The position numbers were made by a program, and so were the translations under genes. DNA of 64,000 nt, from positions 25,608,001-25,672,000 of the forward strand of contig CM059432.1 in NCBI GenBank assembly GCA_030390025.1. The letters run 5' to 3'. Below the pieces are notes generated by a model that was given only the letters and a program-made list of their open reading frames with translations, did no database searches and had not been told where the DNA came from. The DNA is from Squalus acanthias. Lineage: Eukaryota. Shown piece by piece: positions 46,301-59,817 of the stretch (its first letter is position 1; each line of letters opens with the position of its first letter).

Positions 46301-48539
46301 CTCCATTAGTATGTAATTGTCAGAATCTGACATTTTAATTCATGCTTTTTAGTGGCCTTGGCAAGTAGCCAGCCTTGTCATTATACTCGTATTAACCATT
46401 TTCTTCACAGTGGTGCATATTCGGTCTTATTTGTGAAAATTGCAGTCTTTTTAGATATTAGCACAAGGACATTGTTTAATATTTATTGGACTCCAGTATC
46501 TACATTCTCCAGTTCTGATTCTTGAGGATAATTCCCTGACTGAACAATAACCTGATCCTTTTGCCTTTTAATGTGTTACACTCTGATTGCCCCAGTCCAA
46601 TTTCTCCAAGTCCTACTGTGTCACAACCACTTGGGTCAAATTTGTGAGACGTGGGTCTTGGGGGGAAGGGGGGTGGGGGGTGAGGAAGAGCGGGGAGATT
46701 TTGTCTGCGCACTAGGTGTAAATATGCCTTACAAAGAATGGGTTTATGATTTTGCAATTCTTCCCCTTTTTTACAAAGGACTCTGTTTACACCCCTGTAA
46801 CTATATCACCTTATATGCACAAAAGGATTATTCTGCCTCTCACAGGCATCCTGGATATCAAGACATATATCTATCTTGTAGAGCGGATGCCTTTAACCTC
46901 CATTGAAATGTCCTATTAGCCTGTACACCTAATGAAATATGTGAGAAGTTTGAATGATTTGACAATGTGATACGCTGTATGACCATATTTATTACCAAAT
47001 TTAACAAGACAGTTGGTGCTGACAAATAGTCAATCCATGTGTATAAATCATGTTGAGGACAAATGGTCTTTATCTGTTGGATGTTGTCACCACCATATAT
47101 CTGTCAGACCTAATTCTCTAGCCATCTCATCAATCATTGACTAAGATCCAAAAGGGCAGGTCACTCGGTTAAATGCAAAGCCCAGGTAATAATCTAGAAG
47201 CTGGTTGAAGTCACCTCCCAAGAATATTATGTTCCAAACACATTGGAATTTCTCTGGGGCCATATTCTATTACAAAAGTTGATATTTCCCTTTCCTTGCA
47301 TTATTTTATTTATGGCAAAGTACAACCTTGATCTAAGCTGCATCAGAAACCACCTCAGTTCAGGCCAGTACAGTAAGGTTAATAATTACCTGGGCAGTAA
47401 CAGTAATACTTAGCCCCAGTTCTATCTGGCTTCCACAAGCATTAAGCAACATCAGATTGGAATCTGGCCTTGTATTTAGATGTTTTTCCTACTTGATTAC
47501 AAATATGTATAATTATAGTTGTCTGAGAGTGTGTTTCAAAGTTGTATTGTGATTGAGATATTCCAATATTGGTTTGTACTGCAGCCCTGCAACATGCTCC
47601 CTCCTTCTGCCCCATGTAATTGTTTTATGTGCAATACTCTGCTGTTAAAAGGACAGGCATCCAAAACTAGAGCTCCCTGAATGACTAAAGATATAGAGGT
47701 TAAAATGAAAAAAAAAGTAAGCTTATGGTAAATGTCAGGTTCCTAATACAGTAGAGAACCAAGCTGAATACAGAAAGTACAGAGGAGATCTAAAAAAAGG
47801 AAATAAGAGGGGCAAAGAGGGTGTATGAGAATAGATTAGTGGGTAACATAAAATGGAAATCAAAAGTCTTGTATGAACATATAAATAGTAAAAGTAGACA
47901 AAGGAAGCGTGGGGCCGATTAGAAACCAAAAGGAGATCTTTATGTGGAGGCAGAGGACAAGGCTGAGATACTAAATGAGTACTTTACATCGGTCTTCACT
48001 AAAGAAGAGGATGCTGCCAATGTCCCAGTAAATGAGGAGGTAGTAGAGAAATTGGATAGGATAAAAATAGATAAAGAGGAGTACTTAAAAGGTTGGCTGC
48101 GCTCAAAGTAGAAATATCACCAGGTCCAGATGGGATGCATCCTGGGTTGCTGAGGGAAGCAAGGGTGGAAATTGCAGAGGCTCTGGCCACAGTCTTCCAA
48201 TTCTCCACAGATATGCAAGTGGTGCCTGAGGACTGGAGGATTGCAAATGTTGCATGCCTGTTCAAAAAAAATAGGAGAGGGATAAACCCAGCAACTACAG
48301 GCCAGCCTAACGTCGGTGGTGGTGAAACTTTTAGAGGCATTAATCTGGGTGAAAATTAATTGGCACTGGAAAAATATGGGTTGATAAATGAAAGCTAGCA
48401 TGGATTTGTTATAGGCAAATGGTGTTTGAATAACTTTGATAAAGTAATGGATGTGTTTATGGACTTTCAAAAGGCATTTGATAAAGTACCACTTAATAAA
48501 CTTGAAGCCCATGGGATTAAAGGGGAAGTGGCTGCGTGG

Positions 48540-49602
48540 ATGTTGGAAATACTCAGCAGGTCAGGCAGCATCTGTCGAGAAACAGAGTTAACGTTTCAGG
48601 TCGATGACCCTTCATCAGAACTGGAAAAAGTTAGAGATGTAGCAGATTTTTAAGCAAGTGTAGGGGCAGGGAAAGGGAGGAGGGGAGGAAAGGACAAAAG
48701 GAAGCTCTGTGATAGGATGGAAGGCAGGAGAGATAAAAAGACAACAGGAATGATGGTGCAAGGCAAAAGGAGATGGTAGTGGGACAATTTAAGAAACAAA
48801 AGATGACTCTAGACGAGTTGTAAATGGCAATGGCAGAATCATCAACAGCTGCCATGTGAAAGAAAAAATAAAAGAGAAAAAAATATATAGGGGCCGAGGT
48901 TATAGTCTGAAATTGTTGAACTCGATATTGAGTCTAGAAGGCTGTAAAGTGCCTAATTGAAAGATGATGTGCTGTTCCTCGAGCTTATGCTGAGCTTCGT
49001 TGGAACAGTGTAAGAGGCTGAGGGCGGAGAGGTCAGAGTGGGAGTGAAGCGAAGAATTAAAGTGACAGGCGACCAGAAGCTTGGGATCATGCTTGTGGAC
49101 TGAACGGAGGTGCTCCGCAAAGCGGTCACCCAATTTGGGTTTGGTCTCCCCAATGTAGAGGAGACCGCATCGTGAGCAGCGAATACAGTATACTTAATTG
49201 CAAGAAGTACAAGTAAATACCTGGAAGTAGTGTTTGAGGCCCTGGACAGTGGGAAGAGAAGAGGTAAAAGGGCAGGTGTTGCATCTCCTGCGCTTGCACG
49301 TGAAGGTGCCAGGCGAAGGGGAAGGGGTGTTGGGGGTGATAAAGGGGTGGACTAGGGTGTCGCGGAGGGAGCGGTCCCTTCAGATTGCTGAAAGCAGAGG
49401 GGAGGGGAAGATATGTTTGGTGGTGGCATCACACTGGAGGTGGCAGAAATGGCGGAAGATGATCCGTTGAATGTGGAGGCTGGTGGGGTGAAAGGTGAGG
49501 ACAAGGGGAACCCTATTGTGGTTCTGGGAGGGAGGGGGAGGGGTGAGAGCAGAAGTGCAGGAAAGAGAACGGACATGGTCAAGGGCCGTGTCAACCACAG
49601 TA
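48540..49602 (-). mobile_element. Penelope-like element 3' part (GIY-YIG endonuclease and terminal repeat)
   Basis: YCIRCSRCGLLYIGETK, RFAEHLRSV...HFNS...EQHIIFQLGTLQP motifs; hammerhead in the terminal segment. Confidence 0.88.
48586..48622 (-). ncRNA. Minimal hammerhead ribozyme motif in the Penelope terminus
   Basis: Minus strand AGTT-CTGATGA-AGGGTCATCGACCT-GAAA-CGTT-AACT. Confidence 0.7.
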
Positions 49603-49900
49603 GAGGCTTTTGTATGAGTGAGCAATGGTGACTGGTTGTTTATCAGACTGGTGGGACGTATATAGTAGTGTCTCCCAGGGGTGGTACTGGGACCACTGTT
49701 CCTTTTGATATATATATTAATGACTTGGACGTGGGTATACAGAGCATAATTTCAAAGTTTGCAGATGATACAAAACACAGAAATGCACTGAGGAAGATAG
49801 TTTCAGACTTCAGGAGGACATAGACAGACTGGTGAAATGGGCAGACACATAGCAAATAACTTTATTCAGAGAAGTGTGAAGTGACTAATTTTGGTAGAAA

Positions 49901-51750
49901 GAACATAAGAAATAGGAGCAGGAATAGGCCACTTGGCCCCTCGAGCCTGCTCCGCCATTCAATAAGATCATGGCTGATCTTGGGCTCAAAGCCACTTCTC
50001 TGCCCACTCCCCATAACCCTTCATTCCCTTATCTTGCAAAAATCTGTCTATCTCCACCTTAAATGTATTTAATGACCCAGCCTCCACGGCTCTCTGGGAA
50101 GAGAATTCCACAGATATACGACCCTCTGAGAGAAGAAATTCCTCCTCATCTCAGTTCTAAAAGGGCGACCCTTTATTCTGAAACTATGCCCCTGAGTTCT
50201 AGATTTCCCCACGAGGTGAAACATCCTCTCTGCATCTACCTTGTCGAGCCCCCTCAGTATTTTATATGTTTCAATAAGATCACCTCTCATTCTTCTAAAT
50301 TCCAATGAGTATAGGCCCAACCTGCTCAACCTTTCTTCATAAGTCAACCCCCTCATCTCAGGAATCAACCGAGTAAATCGTCTCTGAACTGCCTCCAATG
50401 CAAGTATATCCTTCCTTGAATAAGGAGACTAAAACTGTACGCAGTACTCAAGGTGTGGTCTCACCAATACCCTGTACAGTTGTAGCAGGACTTCCCTGCT
50501 TTTATACTCCAACCCCCTTGCAATAAAGGTCAACATTCCATTTGCCTTTTTGATTACTTGCTGTACCTGTATGCTAACTTTTTGTGTTTCATGCACAAGG
50601 ACCCCCAGGTCCATCTGAACTGTAGCATTTTGTAATCTCTCTCCATTTAAATAATAATTTGCTTTTTTATTTTTCCTGCCAAAGTGTATAACCTTGCACT
50701 TTCCCACATTACACTCCATCTGCCAAATGTTTTCCCACTCACTTAGCCTGTCTATATCCCTTTGCAGATTCTTTGAGTCCTCTGCACAACTTGCTTTCCC
50801 ACCCATCTTTGTATCATCCGCAAACTTGGCTACATTACACCCGGTCCCTTCATCCAAGTCATTAATGTAGATTGTAAATAGTTGAGGCCCCAGCACCGAT
50901 CCCTGTGGCACCCCACTAGTTACCATTTGCCAACTGGAAAATGACCCATTTATCCTGAGTCTCTGCTTTCTGTTAGTTAGCCAGTTCTCTATCCATGCTA
51001 ATATATTACCCCCAACTCCGTGAGCTCTTATCTTATGCAGTAACCTTTTATGTGGCACCTTATTGAATATCTTCTGGAAATCCAAATACACCACATCCGC
51101 TGGCTCACCTTTGTCCACCCTGCTCATTACATCCTCAAAGAACTCCAGCAAATTTGTTAAACATGCTTTCCCTTTCATAAAACCATGCTGACTCTGCTTG
51201 ACTGCATTATGATTTTCCAAATGCCCTGCTACTGCTTCCTTAATGAAGGACTCCAGCATTTTCCCAACGACAAATGTTAGGCTCACTGGTCTATAGTTTC
51301 CTGCTTTCGGTCTCCCTCCTTTCTTCAATAGGAGTGTTACATTTGCGGTTTTCCAATCCGCTGGAACCTCTCCAGAGTCCAGGGAATGTTGGTATATTGC
51401 AACCAATGCATCCACTGTCTCTGCAGCCACTTCTTTTAAGACCCTGGGATGCAGGCCATCTGGTCCAGGGACTTCTCGTCTTTTAGTCCCATTATTTTAC
51501 CAAGTACTATTTCCTTAGTGATAGTGATTGTCTTTAGTTCCCCCCTCCCTGTGGCTCCTTGATTATTCATTATTGGGATGTTGTTAGTGTCTTCTACCAT
51601 GAAGACAGATACAAAATATTTGTTCAGAGTCTCTGCCATTTTCCCATTCCCTGTTATTAATTCCCAATTCTCATCCTCTAAGGGACCAACGTTTACTTTA
51701 GCTACTCTCCTCCTTTTCATATACCTGTAGAAGCTCTTACTTTCTGTTTT
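49901..51750 (-). mobile_element. CR1 LINE 3' portion, relatively young
   Basis: 333-aa RT ORF (50429-51430) with [17 protein letters not shown]; tail CATAAGAA. Confidence 0.92.
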
Positions 51751-54201
51751 AATATTTTAATATTTTAACATAAGAAAGGATGAGGACAAGCATTATAAAC
51801 TAAATGGTACAATTTTAATGGGGATTCAGGAACAGAGACCCTGGGGTGGACATACACAAATCTTTGAATGTGGCAGGTCAAGTTGGGAAGACTATTAAAA
51901 AGGGATATGGGATCCTTGGCTTTATAAATAGAGGCATAGTTAATTTTCTTTACCTGGGCGGGTCCAGTGTGGGGGGCTGCCATAGTGGGTTGCGAGCCCG
52001 TTGCTGGCTCCATCCCGCTCCACAGAACAACTTTACATTAATAGGGCCTATTAAGCCCGCCCTGCGCGTTACCCAGCCCAATTAAATGGTGTGGGTCTAG
52101 TGACATCATTCATGACGCGTTTTCAGCCGGGATCTTTAAAGGGGCCATGGTCGCATTACATTTGAAGGTTAATGTAACATGGTGCAGTCAGTGCACTATA
52201 GCAGAGCATTGGAGTACTGCAAACACTTGACAATGACCACACAGAGGCAGAGGGCTGCACCCAGGTTCTCCCATGACTCCCTCCATATGCTTATAGAGGG
52301 AGTCAGAGCACGCAGCGGGGTCCTCTTCCCTTCCAATGTGTGGAAGAGACCTCCCCATGAGACCAAAACAGCCTGGTTAGGGATTACACAGGAGGTCACC
52401 AGCAGAGATGTGGTCAGGAGGACCTGGGTGCAGTGCAGCAAACGTTTCAATGATCTCATTAAATCAGAATGCATGAGTAGAAAGCTGCACTCAACTTCAT
52501 CCTGCTGTGCCTCTCATCCCAATCACTCTGCCTTCCCAACCCTACTCCTGTACATCCTTACTCACACTTGCACGTCCACCCATCTCTCTCTATCTACATT
52601 ATCACATTCTGATCTCACACTCACCCTCATCCTAGTGCAATCATACCAACTAACAACACACAAGGAGGCCGCTTGGCTTTGGCACACCACTCCATCATAG
52701 TCTCCCTCTAAAGATCTAACCCACCATTCCTTACACTCATTCCATCACTCCCACTCAACCTAATCTCCTTTCCCTCCTTGCAGGAAAAGAGAGCCCAAAA
52801 TAAGAGGGAGAGAACTGGCAGTGGCCCTCCATCATTTGCAAACCTTACAACAACAACAACTTGTATTTATATAGCGCTTTTAACATAGTAAAACATCCCA
52901 AGGCGCTTCACAGGAGTATTATAACACACAAAATTTGACACCGAGCCACATAAGGAGAAATTAGGGCAGGTGACCAAAAGCTTGGTCAAAGAGCTAGGTT
53001 TTAAGTAGCGTCTTAAAGGAGGAAAGAGAGGTAGAGAGGCGGAGGGGTTTAGGCAGGGAATTCCAGAGCTTAGGGCCCAGGCAACAGAAGGCATGGCTAC
53101 CAATGGTTGAGCGATTATAATCAGGGATGCTCAAGAGGGCAGAATTAGAGGAGTGCAGATATCTCGGGGGGTTGTGGGAATGAAGGAGATTACAGAGATA
53201 GGGAGGGGCGAGGCCATGGAGGGATTTGAAAACAAGGATGAGAAATTTTGAAATTGAGGCGTTGCTTAACCGGGAACCAATGTAGGTCAGCGAGCACAGG
53301 GGTGATGGTTGAACGGGACTTGGTGCAAGTTAGGACTTGGGCAGCCGAGTTTTGGATGACCTCAAGTTTACATAGGGTAGAATGTGGGAGGCCAGCCAAG
53401 AGTGCATTGGAATAGTCAAGTCTAGAGGTAATAAAGGCATGGATGAGCGTTTCAGCAGCGGATGAGCTGAGGCAAGGGCGGAGACGGGCAATGTTACGGA
53501 GGTGGAAATAGGCGATCTTAGTTATGCTGCGGATATGTGGTCAGAATCTCATTTCAGGGTCAAATACGACACCAAGGTTGCGAACAGTGTGGTTCAGCCT
53601 TAGATGCTAGGGAGAGGGATGGAGTCAGTGGCTAGGGAACGGAGTTTGTAGTGGGGACTGAAAGCAATGGCTTTGGTCTTCTCAATATTTAATTGGAGAA
53701 AATTTCTGCTGATCCAGAACTGGATGTCGGACAAGCAGGGCTACGGGGATAGAGCGGGGGAATGGGACTGATTAGATTGCCCTACAGAGAGCCGGCATGG
53801 ACTCGATGGGCTGAATGACCTCCTTCTATGCCATAATGACTCTATGACTCTCTATGACAAGCAGTCTGACAATTAAGAAACCATGGAGAAGTCGAGAGAA
53901 GTGGTAGCGAGGTGGAGCTGGGTGTCGTCAGCGTACATGTGGAAACTGGTGATGTGTTTTCGGATGATATCGCCAAGGGGCAACATGTAGATGAGAAATA
54001 GAATGGGGCCAAGGATAGATCCTTGGGGGGACACCAGAGGTAACGATGTGGGAGCAGGAAGAGAAGCTACAATTAGATAGATAAAAATGGAACCAGGCGA
54101 GTGCAGTCCTTCCCATTTGGATGAGGTGGAGAGGCATTGGAGAAAGATGGAGTGGCCAACTATGTTAAAGGCTGCAGACAAGTCAAGAATGATGAGGAGG
54201 G

Positions 54202-56454
54202 TGTAGGGGGTGGTGGTTTGTGTCAGCTTCACCTCTGACTTCTGAGCGGTTCGAATCGCTCCCACACCCTTGGTTCTAGACCTATTTGGGGGTTGTGATA
54301 AAAAGTGCAGCAGACAACTGGTTTTGATGCAAGAACTTTGATCTTTATTTAAAAAGTAAAACACAACACAAACACTCTTAACACTCAAAAAGTGGGGAAC
54401 ACTTCGGTACAAGCGAGGGAAATAACATTAGAAGAATACTTCACCCCTCCCAATCCCACTTCACTAGCTAGGTTGGATTCCAGAGGACCAGGGATGATAC
54501 TCACCAGATGAATCATTGACAGTTAGGTTAGTTCGCGGTATTGGGGTTCACTCTATGGGGGAAAATTCAGCTGCTTGCGCCTCCCGTTAGCGCCTTAAGA
54601 GGGCGCTAATGGGGCGCAAAGCAGCTAACGCCCGGGCGCAGCGCCGTCCACGCCTCCTGCAAAATTCAGTGGGAGGTTAGCGGCGGCGGCAGCCGGTAGC
54701 ACCCTGTGGCGCTGCGCCGCCGCCGATGACGTCATCGCCGTGCGCAGCACCCCGCTCGCGCTCCAGCCGCGATCTTCGGTCGCGCCCCCTGACTTACCGC
54801 CAGACGCTATGTCCGACGGGTTCAGGGGGGCGTACGTGTGGCCGGGGCGGCGATATTTAAAGGGGAGGTGGCAGGCGGCCATTTTTGTTGCTGGCCGCCT
54901 GCCAGCACCTGCCCCCGTTGCTGTCCCCGGCCCCCGTGAAGCCCCCCCACCGTGAAGTGCCGGCTGCGCTCCCAGAGCCCGGCACTTCTCTTGAGTGCCG
55001 GGCTCTTTTGCTGGCACTCCCGATCCCTGGGGGCCCAGCTGGGCCCGGTTCGCGCTGCGCAGGGCCCCTCCCCTTTAAGAAGGGGAGGAAGGCCTGCAAT
55101 ACCGCGGCGCGACGTGCCGCAGCGCCTGGTGCTGCGGCACGTAGCACCAGGATATTCCCTCGCAGCGCCCCAAGAGGGATGCGGGGTGCTTCCAGTAGCG
55201 CCCTGCTTCCCTCTTGGGGCGCAACCACTGAAGTTCCGGCGCAGGGGCGCTAATTTTTTCGGGGCGCTAAACGTAGCGCCCCGGCGAGGTTAGCGCCCCA
55301 AAGGGGGCGCGACTCAATTTTTCCCCCTATATGTCGGTCGGTGTCTGCCGTACCCCATACGCGGTAGAGGACTTCAACTGCGTATCTGGTCAGTCTTCGC
55401 GAGTCCGCTGATGCGGTAGGGTGCATATTGGATTTATCAGGTGAGTACCCACTTTTCTTTAGTTTAGAAGTAGGGCTTAGAGTTTTTAAGGGAAAATCTT
55501 ACCCAGGGGTAAGTCAGGAGTAGATTGTAGAGTGGAGACTTTGCGGTTCTTCAGTTTTTCTTCAAGTTGGTTTTCTTTGGTCGCGGTGGCCCAAATACTG
55601 GTACTTGGTGTTTGGTTGGTTGTTTCTTGAGGGCCTTGTTGCCACAAGGTGTCCGATGGTCACTGAGGCGGTCGTTCTGGGTTCTTCTCGTGTCAGCCTA
55701 CTTTGTTGGATGGTCTGGCCTTCGAGCTGTCGACCTCCTGGCTGGACACGGAACGCTGAACGGTGTTGGTTTTAGAACTGTGTTGCGGAGAATGCCTCCG
55801 TTGATGTCTTCTTGTTCTTCCTTCCTCTTCTTCTTTTTCAGGTTGAGAACGGAGCTTCAATTATACTCATTGAAGGTTCCTTATCTGCACGTCAAATCAG
55901 GTCTCGGTCTTTGTTAGTTTTGGCGGGCTCGTTATCGGTAACTGGTTTGCTAAGGTGTGAAGTAGTTTCGGGATGGTCCCCATCCTGTCGATTTGCCACT
56001 TAATCGGAGTTTGATTATTCTTATGTTTTGGGTTTCTTGGTTGGGCCTGTAATTTCTATAGGGTAAGCCGAAGTAATTTGTTTTATGCATGTCTTAATGG
56101 GCTCTGTAGCTTGGGGTGGAGACAGTTCTCCTCAGGTTTATTGTTTGGATGCTAATGTCTGATAGGGGCCGATTTAAACTTCCAGCGAGATCATGCGGTT
56201 CCCCAGACAGTTTCCATTAGCTCCAATACCCAAACTGTTTTTACAAAGGTTGTACCCACCTTCCTCCACAGCCTTTTCTCCCCTACATGCCCAGACATGT
56301 TTTAAAAATACCAAAATCTTGGTTTTTGCTCGAAAGTTCTTTGGTTAGGCCCAATGCACTTCACCACCCTGTAATAGCTAGAAAAGAGTCCAAAGTCTTT
56401 ATCCTTAGGGGTTTTCTAGAGTTAGGGGGATCTGTGAATTTTGAGAATCTTACA
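54202..56454 (-). mobile_element. Solo LTR of a more distant family (about 1.48 kb excluding the inserted MITE)
   Basis: TGTA...TACA termini; TSD AGGG at 54198-54201 and 56455-56458 interrupting an L2; the minus strand carries TATAAT, GGTGAGTA, AATAAA and the TCGAACC hairpin in the same order as the other LTRs. Confidence 0.8.
54557..55327. mobile_element. GC-rich Harbinger-type MITE inside the solo LTR
   Basis: TIR GGGGGAAAATT / AATTTTTCCCCC; TSD TAT at 54554-54556 and 55328-55330; many GGCGCTAA/TTAGCGCC subterminal motifs. Confidence 0.82.
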
Positions 56455-57249
56455 AGGGATAGTTTATCTTTGTCGCAGTCACAAAGGATGCCATTTGAGA
56501 GGAAGCTGCTTTAGAAATATCTGGAGTCGCTGAGCAGCTGGAGGTGGGAGATGGAGAGAGGGGGACATCTCAGCAACCTGGTGACAGAATTACATATCAT
56601 ACAGCTACATGGCATACATCAGTCACTCATATGGACACTGATGTCAGAAGCCAGGGAATGGTCATCATGTGCATGATGGTATCTCTATCCATTCTTCATA
56701 TGGCATAACTAACTCATCTCTTTACTCTCCCACAGATCCATCAAGAGGCCCTCCTCACCACTGTCCAGGAGGAAGATGAAGACGACTCCTCAGAGAAGCC
56801 TCCAGCCTCTAAGGGCGCACCATCACCAGATATAAATGCACCCAGCACCAGTGCAGATACGCACACCTGGGTGGGTCCCATACAAGATAGAGTAGTGTTG
56901 TCACCTGGTCTCTCACAACTCACAAGTGAGCAAGATGGTGGAGACAGGGACAGCAGTGGCGAGTTCTCACCGGAGGGCACAGGACACTCCTAGCTCTGCT
57001 GAGCTGCATGCAGACGCTGAGCCTCGGGGGCCATCCAGAAAAAGGGCGATCATGGAGGTGCAGGAAGAAGTGCAGGGGGCTCTGACAGGTTTCGTGAGTG
57101 CGATGTCTGCAGATGGTCAGGGGATGAAGGAGTCCATCTCCACCATGAGCACCACTGTGTCGCAGGCGATGGTGACTGTAGGCTCCTCCATGGATAGGAT
57201 AGCCACCTACATGGAGCAGCTAATGCATCACTCGCAGGAGCACATGATC

Positions 57250-57459
57250 TCTATGGAGGATAGATGGCTATCTATGGAGAATAGATGGCTATCTATGGAG
57301 AATAGATGGCTATCTATGGAGGATAGATGGCTATCTATGGAGAATAGATGGCTATCTATGGAGAATAGATGGCTATCTATGGAGGATAGATGGCTATCTA
57401 TGGAGAATAGATGGCTATCTATGGAGGATAGATGGCTATCTATGGAGAATAGTTGGCAG
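57250..57459 (+). repeat. 21-bp tandem repeat (9 full units plus 1 degenerate) encoding SME(D/N)RWL
   Basis: TCTATGGAG(G/A)ATAGATGGCTA units in frame within ORF 56926-57606. Confidence 0.95.
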
Positions 57460-57946
57460 AGGCCCATAGACCTCCTCTTTAGCAGGGATGTCAGCATAGA
57501 CATGGGTCCTCATGGCTCCACTGATGTGCAGCAAGGTGCTCTCCAGCTCCTTGGCAGCAGGGAAGTGAGCAGGCTGTCTCTACCTCTGCTGAAGCCACAG
57601 GGTTAACACCTTGTAGAAGCACGCGGAAGAGAAAGATGACACACAGGTAGATTCACAAGGGTAGCCACTTGGGTGTTTTATCCAATTTTTATGCAAAGTT
57701 TCCGTTAATGTGCTGTCAAACATAAAAATATTTATTTTCACCATGTTCTGGTCTTGGATACATTTGTGTGCACCTCTGGAAGTGGCTTAGTGAGTTGCAG
57801 TGAATGGTGAGATATAACGGTACCTCCAGCAATGGTGATGAGTGTGAAAGGAATGGCTTGGTCATTGTAGGGATGCTTTATGGTGTTGGTGTGGGGTGGT
57901 GCCAACCTAGCGCATCATGTGGCAGCCATATGGGTGTACAGCGTCA

Positions 57947-59817
57947 AGTTAAGTAAATCTGGCCATGATGTAGAATTCGCAAAATTATCGCGATTTTATA
58001 AAATAAGAAGGAGACATAAAGTTTCGTACAAACAGCTTTATTTCAGCAGAATGCTGTCAGGTTTCAAAGCGGACACAAACAGCCTGTAAAATGGCCGCCA
58101 CGCCTCGTGGCAGAACGTTCTAGACTTTCAATGGGCAGACAAGATGGCGTTCCAATAAACATTTGTGCAAGATCGTACAGGACTCAGCACATTTGAGATA
58201 ATTGACAAGACATGATGGGTTTGCATTTTATACATAAATACTGGAATCGGTCTCCCAGGTGCGAATAAGGGCTATTGTACCGAGCGATCAAGAACCCATC
58301 CAAAGACATTAATATGCAAAATCCCCACGACTCTACGATGAGAGAGCCGTTTGCGGGTAGTTACAGAAAGCATTTGGAAGCCCCAAAACCCCTCCAGGGA
58401 GACTACTAGCCGGTTCCACAATGGGAGAAGTATTAACGGGTACTCAGACAGTTACAAGTATCACCGAAACCCATTAGAAACGGAGATCACCCTATACAAG
58501 AAGTTTGAGCGCCAAAACCCTGACAAAAGATAGACATTAAGATTGGGCGGGAAAAGAGGAATTACAGCACTATAACTGTAAGGTATAACCGTCCATCTTT
58601 CGCTTGATGCTCTTGCTGCTGACTGCTGCCTCTGCTTCTTCTTGCTCTTGCTGCTTTGACTCGCTGGAAGGCTGTTGAACTTTTATTCTCTTGCCTGACG
58701 GCTCTGGACTCTGATCCGCTAGGATCAACCTCGTGGCTTGCCGCGAAGATCTGTGTAGAACTGGGCTGTGAGGCCTGGAAGCGGGCACACCATCCCGAGA
58801 AGTCGGTAAACGGTGTTGGAACCGAAGCCCCGAGAGGAGATGAGATGAGATGAGATGAGATGAGAAGAGAAGAAGACGACAATACGTATCGCCACGGTCA
58901 GTAAGCCCCGACCGCGCCTGTAAGTCGAATAAACACTTCCTTGCCCAGGAAGACCCTTCTTTGAGTTTTACAAACTGGTGAGGGCACAGGAAGACTCTTT
59001 TTCGAGTAGTATCGGAACTCCGAGGACAACACAGATCTTCATGACAGCAGACGGTCCAGCCTGCTAGCCGGAGCAGAAACGAGTAAACAAGTGGGGTACA
59101 GAGACCCCTGATCAGCACGTGGATAGTCAGGTGCTGCGGTAAAAACATCTGAGCAGAGTTTCGGAATTCTCCGAGTTATCACGAGTGGTGAGCATGAGTC
59201 TCGATCCTACAAATCTAGATTAGGACAGGTATTGATAGGGGAGGGTTTAAGTTTTAAGGATAATTATAATGTGTGTCCCCTTTTTCGATGTGTCATGCGC
59301 TCCTCGTTTCCCTAAAATTAGTTACATAACTGTGCGTAAGATTGTACTGTCGTTAATCTGTGCTTATGACATGTACCTCGTAATCTTGAATAATATGCAA
59401 TAAAGATTTCCATTTCGCACTATTCAACCGGGTCTACCTGAGTTTTTCTCTGCATTATTGCTCTCGCACCTAAGTCCAGTGTCAGAACCGTAAGGGCGAG
59501 TGGGTCGAACCACTCACAGGTGTCTAGTGTTACCAGGCTGGCTGGAGACCAGAACAGGCAACAAGGCCTAACCTCGCACTAGCACCCAGGCTAAGCACAG
59601 AGCCGCAGGTCACCCCTTACAATGATGAGGCCATCCCTGGCCTCCCGGGCAACAATGTGGTCGGGTGCTGATGCCCTCTATCCTGTGCAGCATCAGGTGA
59701 TTGCGGAGAAGGTTGGTGTTGTTGTTGGTGCTGCTGGTATGCCTGGTGCTGCTGGTGTTGGGGCTCATCGTGGTCAGATTCTGAGGACCAAGGTGAGACT
59801 GTATAAATGGCACCCAT
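57947..59817 (-). pseudogene. Harbinger transposase remnant (N-terminus joined to C-terminal helix; core deleted; split by solo LTR)
   Basis: Removing the LTR restores HIVAREARDGLIMARFT-stop, resembling the usual Harbinger transposase end; Q/H-rich N-terminus from ATG 59817. Confidence 0.55.
57969..59621 (+). mobile_element. Solo LTR (1653 bp, same subfamily as the provirus)
   Basis: TGTAGAATTCGC...CCCCTTACA; TSD ATGA at 57965-57968 and 59622-59625; colinear with the proviral LTR including the (GAGAT)n tract. Confidence 0.93.

Larger units (their letters stand above)
52847..56497 (-). mobile_element. L2 LINE 3' portion inserted in the Myb gene; hosts a CR1 tail (53739-53855) and the solo LTR
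   Basis: (AAC)n tail at 52847; LQNSAA-like, YADDTQL, LDLSAAF motifs; CR1 tail flanked by GACAAGCAG duplication. Confidence 0.87.
52179..57606 (+). pseudogene. Harbinger Myb/SANT-like DNA-binding protein gene, multi-exon, disrupted by L2/LTR
   Basis: RAAPRFS...LIEGV...LFP...KTAW..IT.EV...RRTWVQCSKRFNDL (52179-52470); exon EKRAQNKRERTGSGPP after TTGCAG (52783); resumes EEAALEISG at about 56498; last exon after CCACAG (56736) to 57606. Confidence 0.75.

Noticed and set aside
52179..52470. Host MSANTD/NAIF1-type gene
   Set aside because: Embedded in an element that interrupts a CR1 and is itself disrupted by L2 and LTR insertions, so a transposon copy.
54625..55293. Several overlapping GC-rich ORFs or a CpG-island promoter
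   Set aside because: All lie within a TIR/TSD-bounded MITE; ORFs reflect stop-codon scarcity.
57250..57459. CRISPR-like palindromic repeats
   Set aside because: No spacers; a simple 21-bp tandem repeat.
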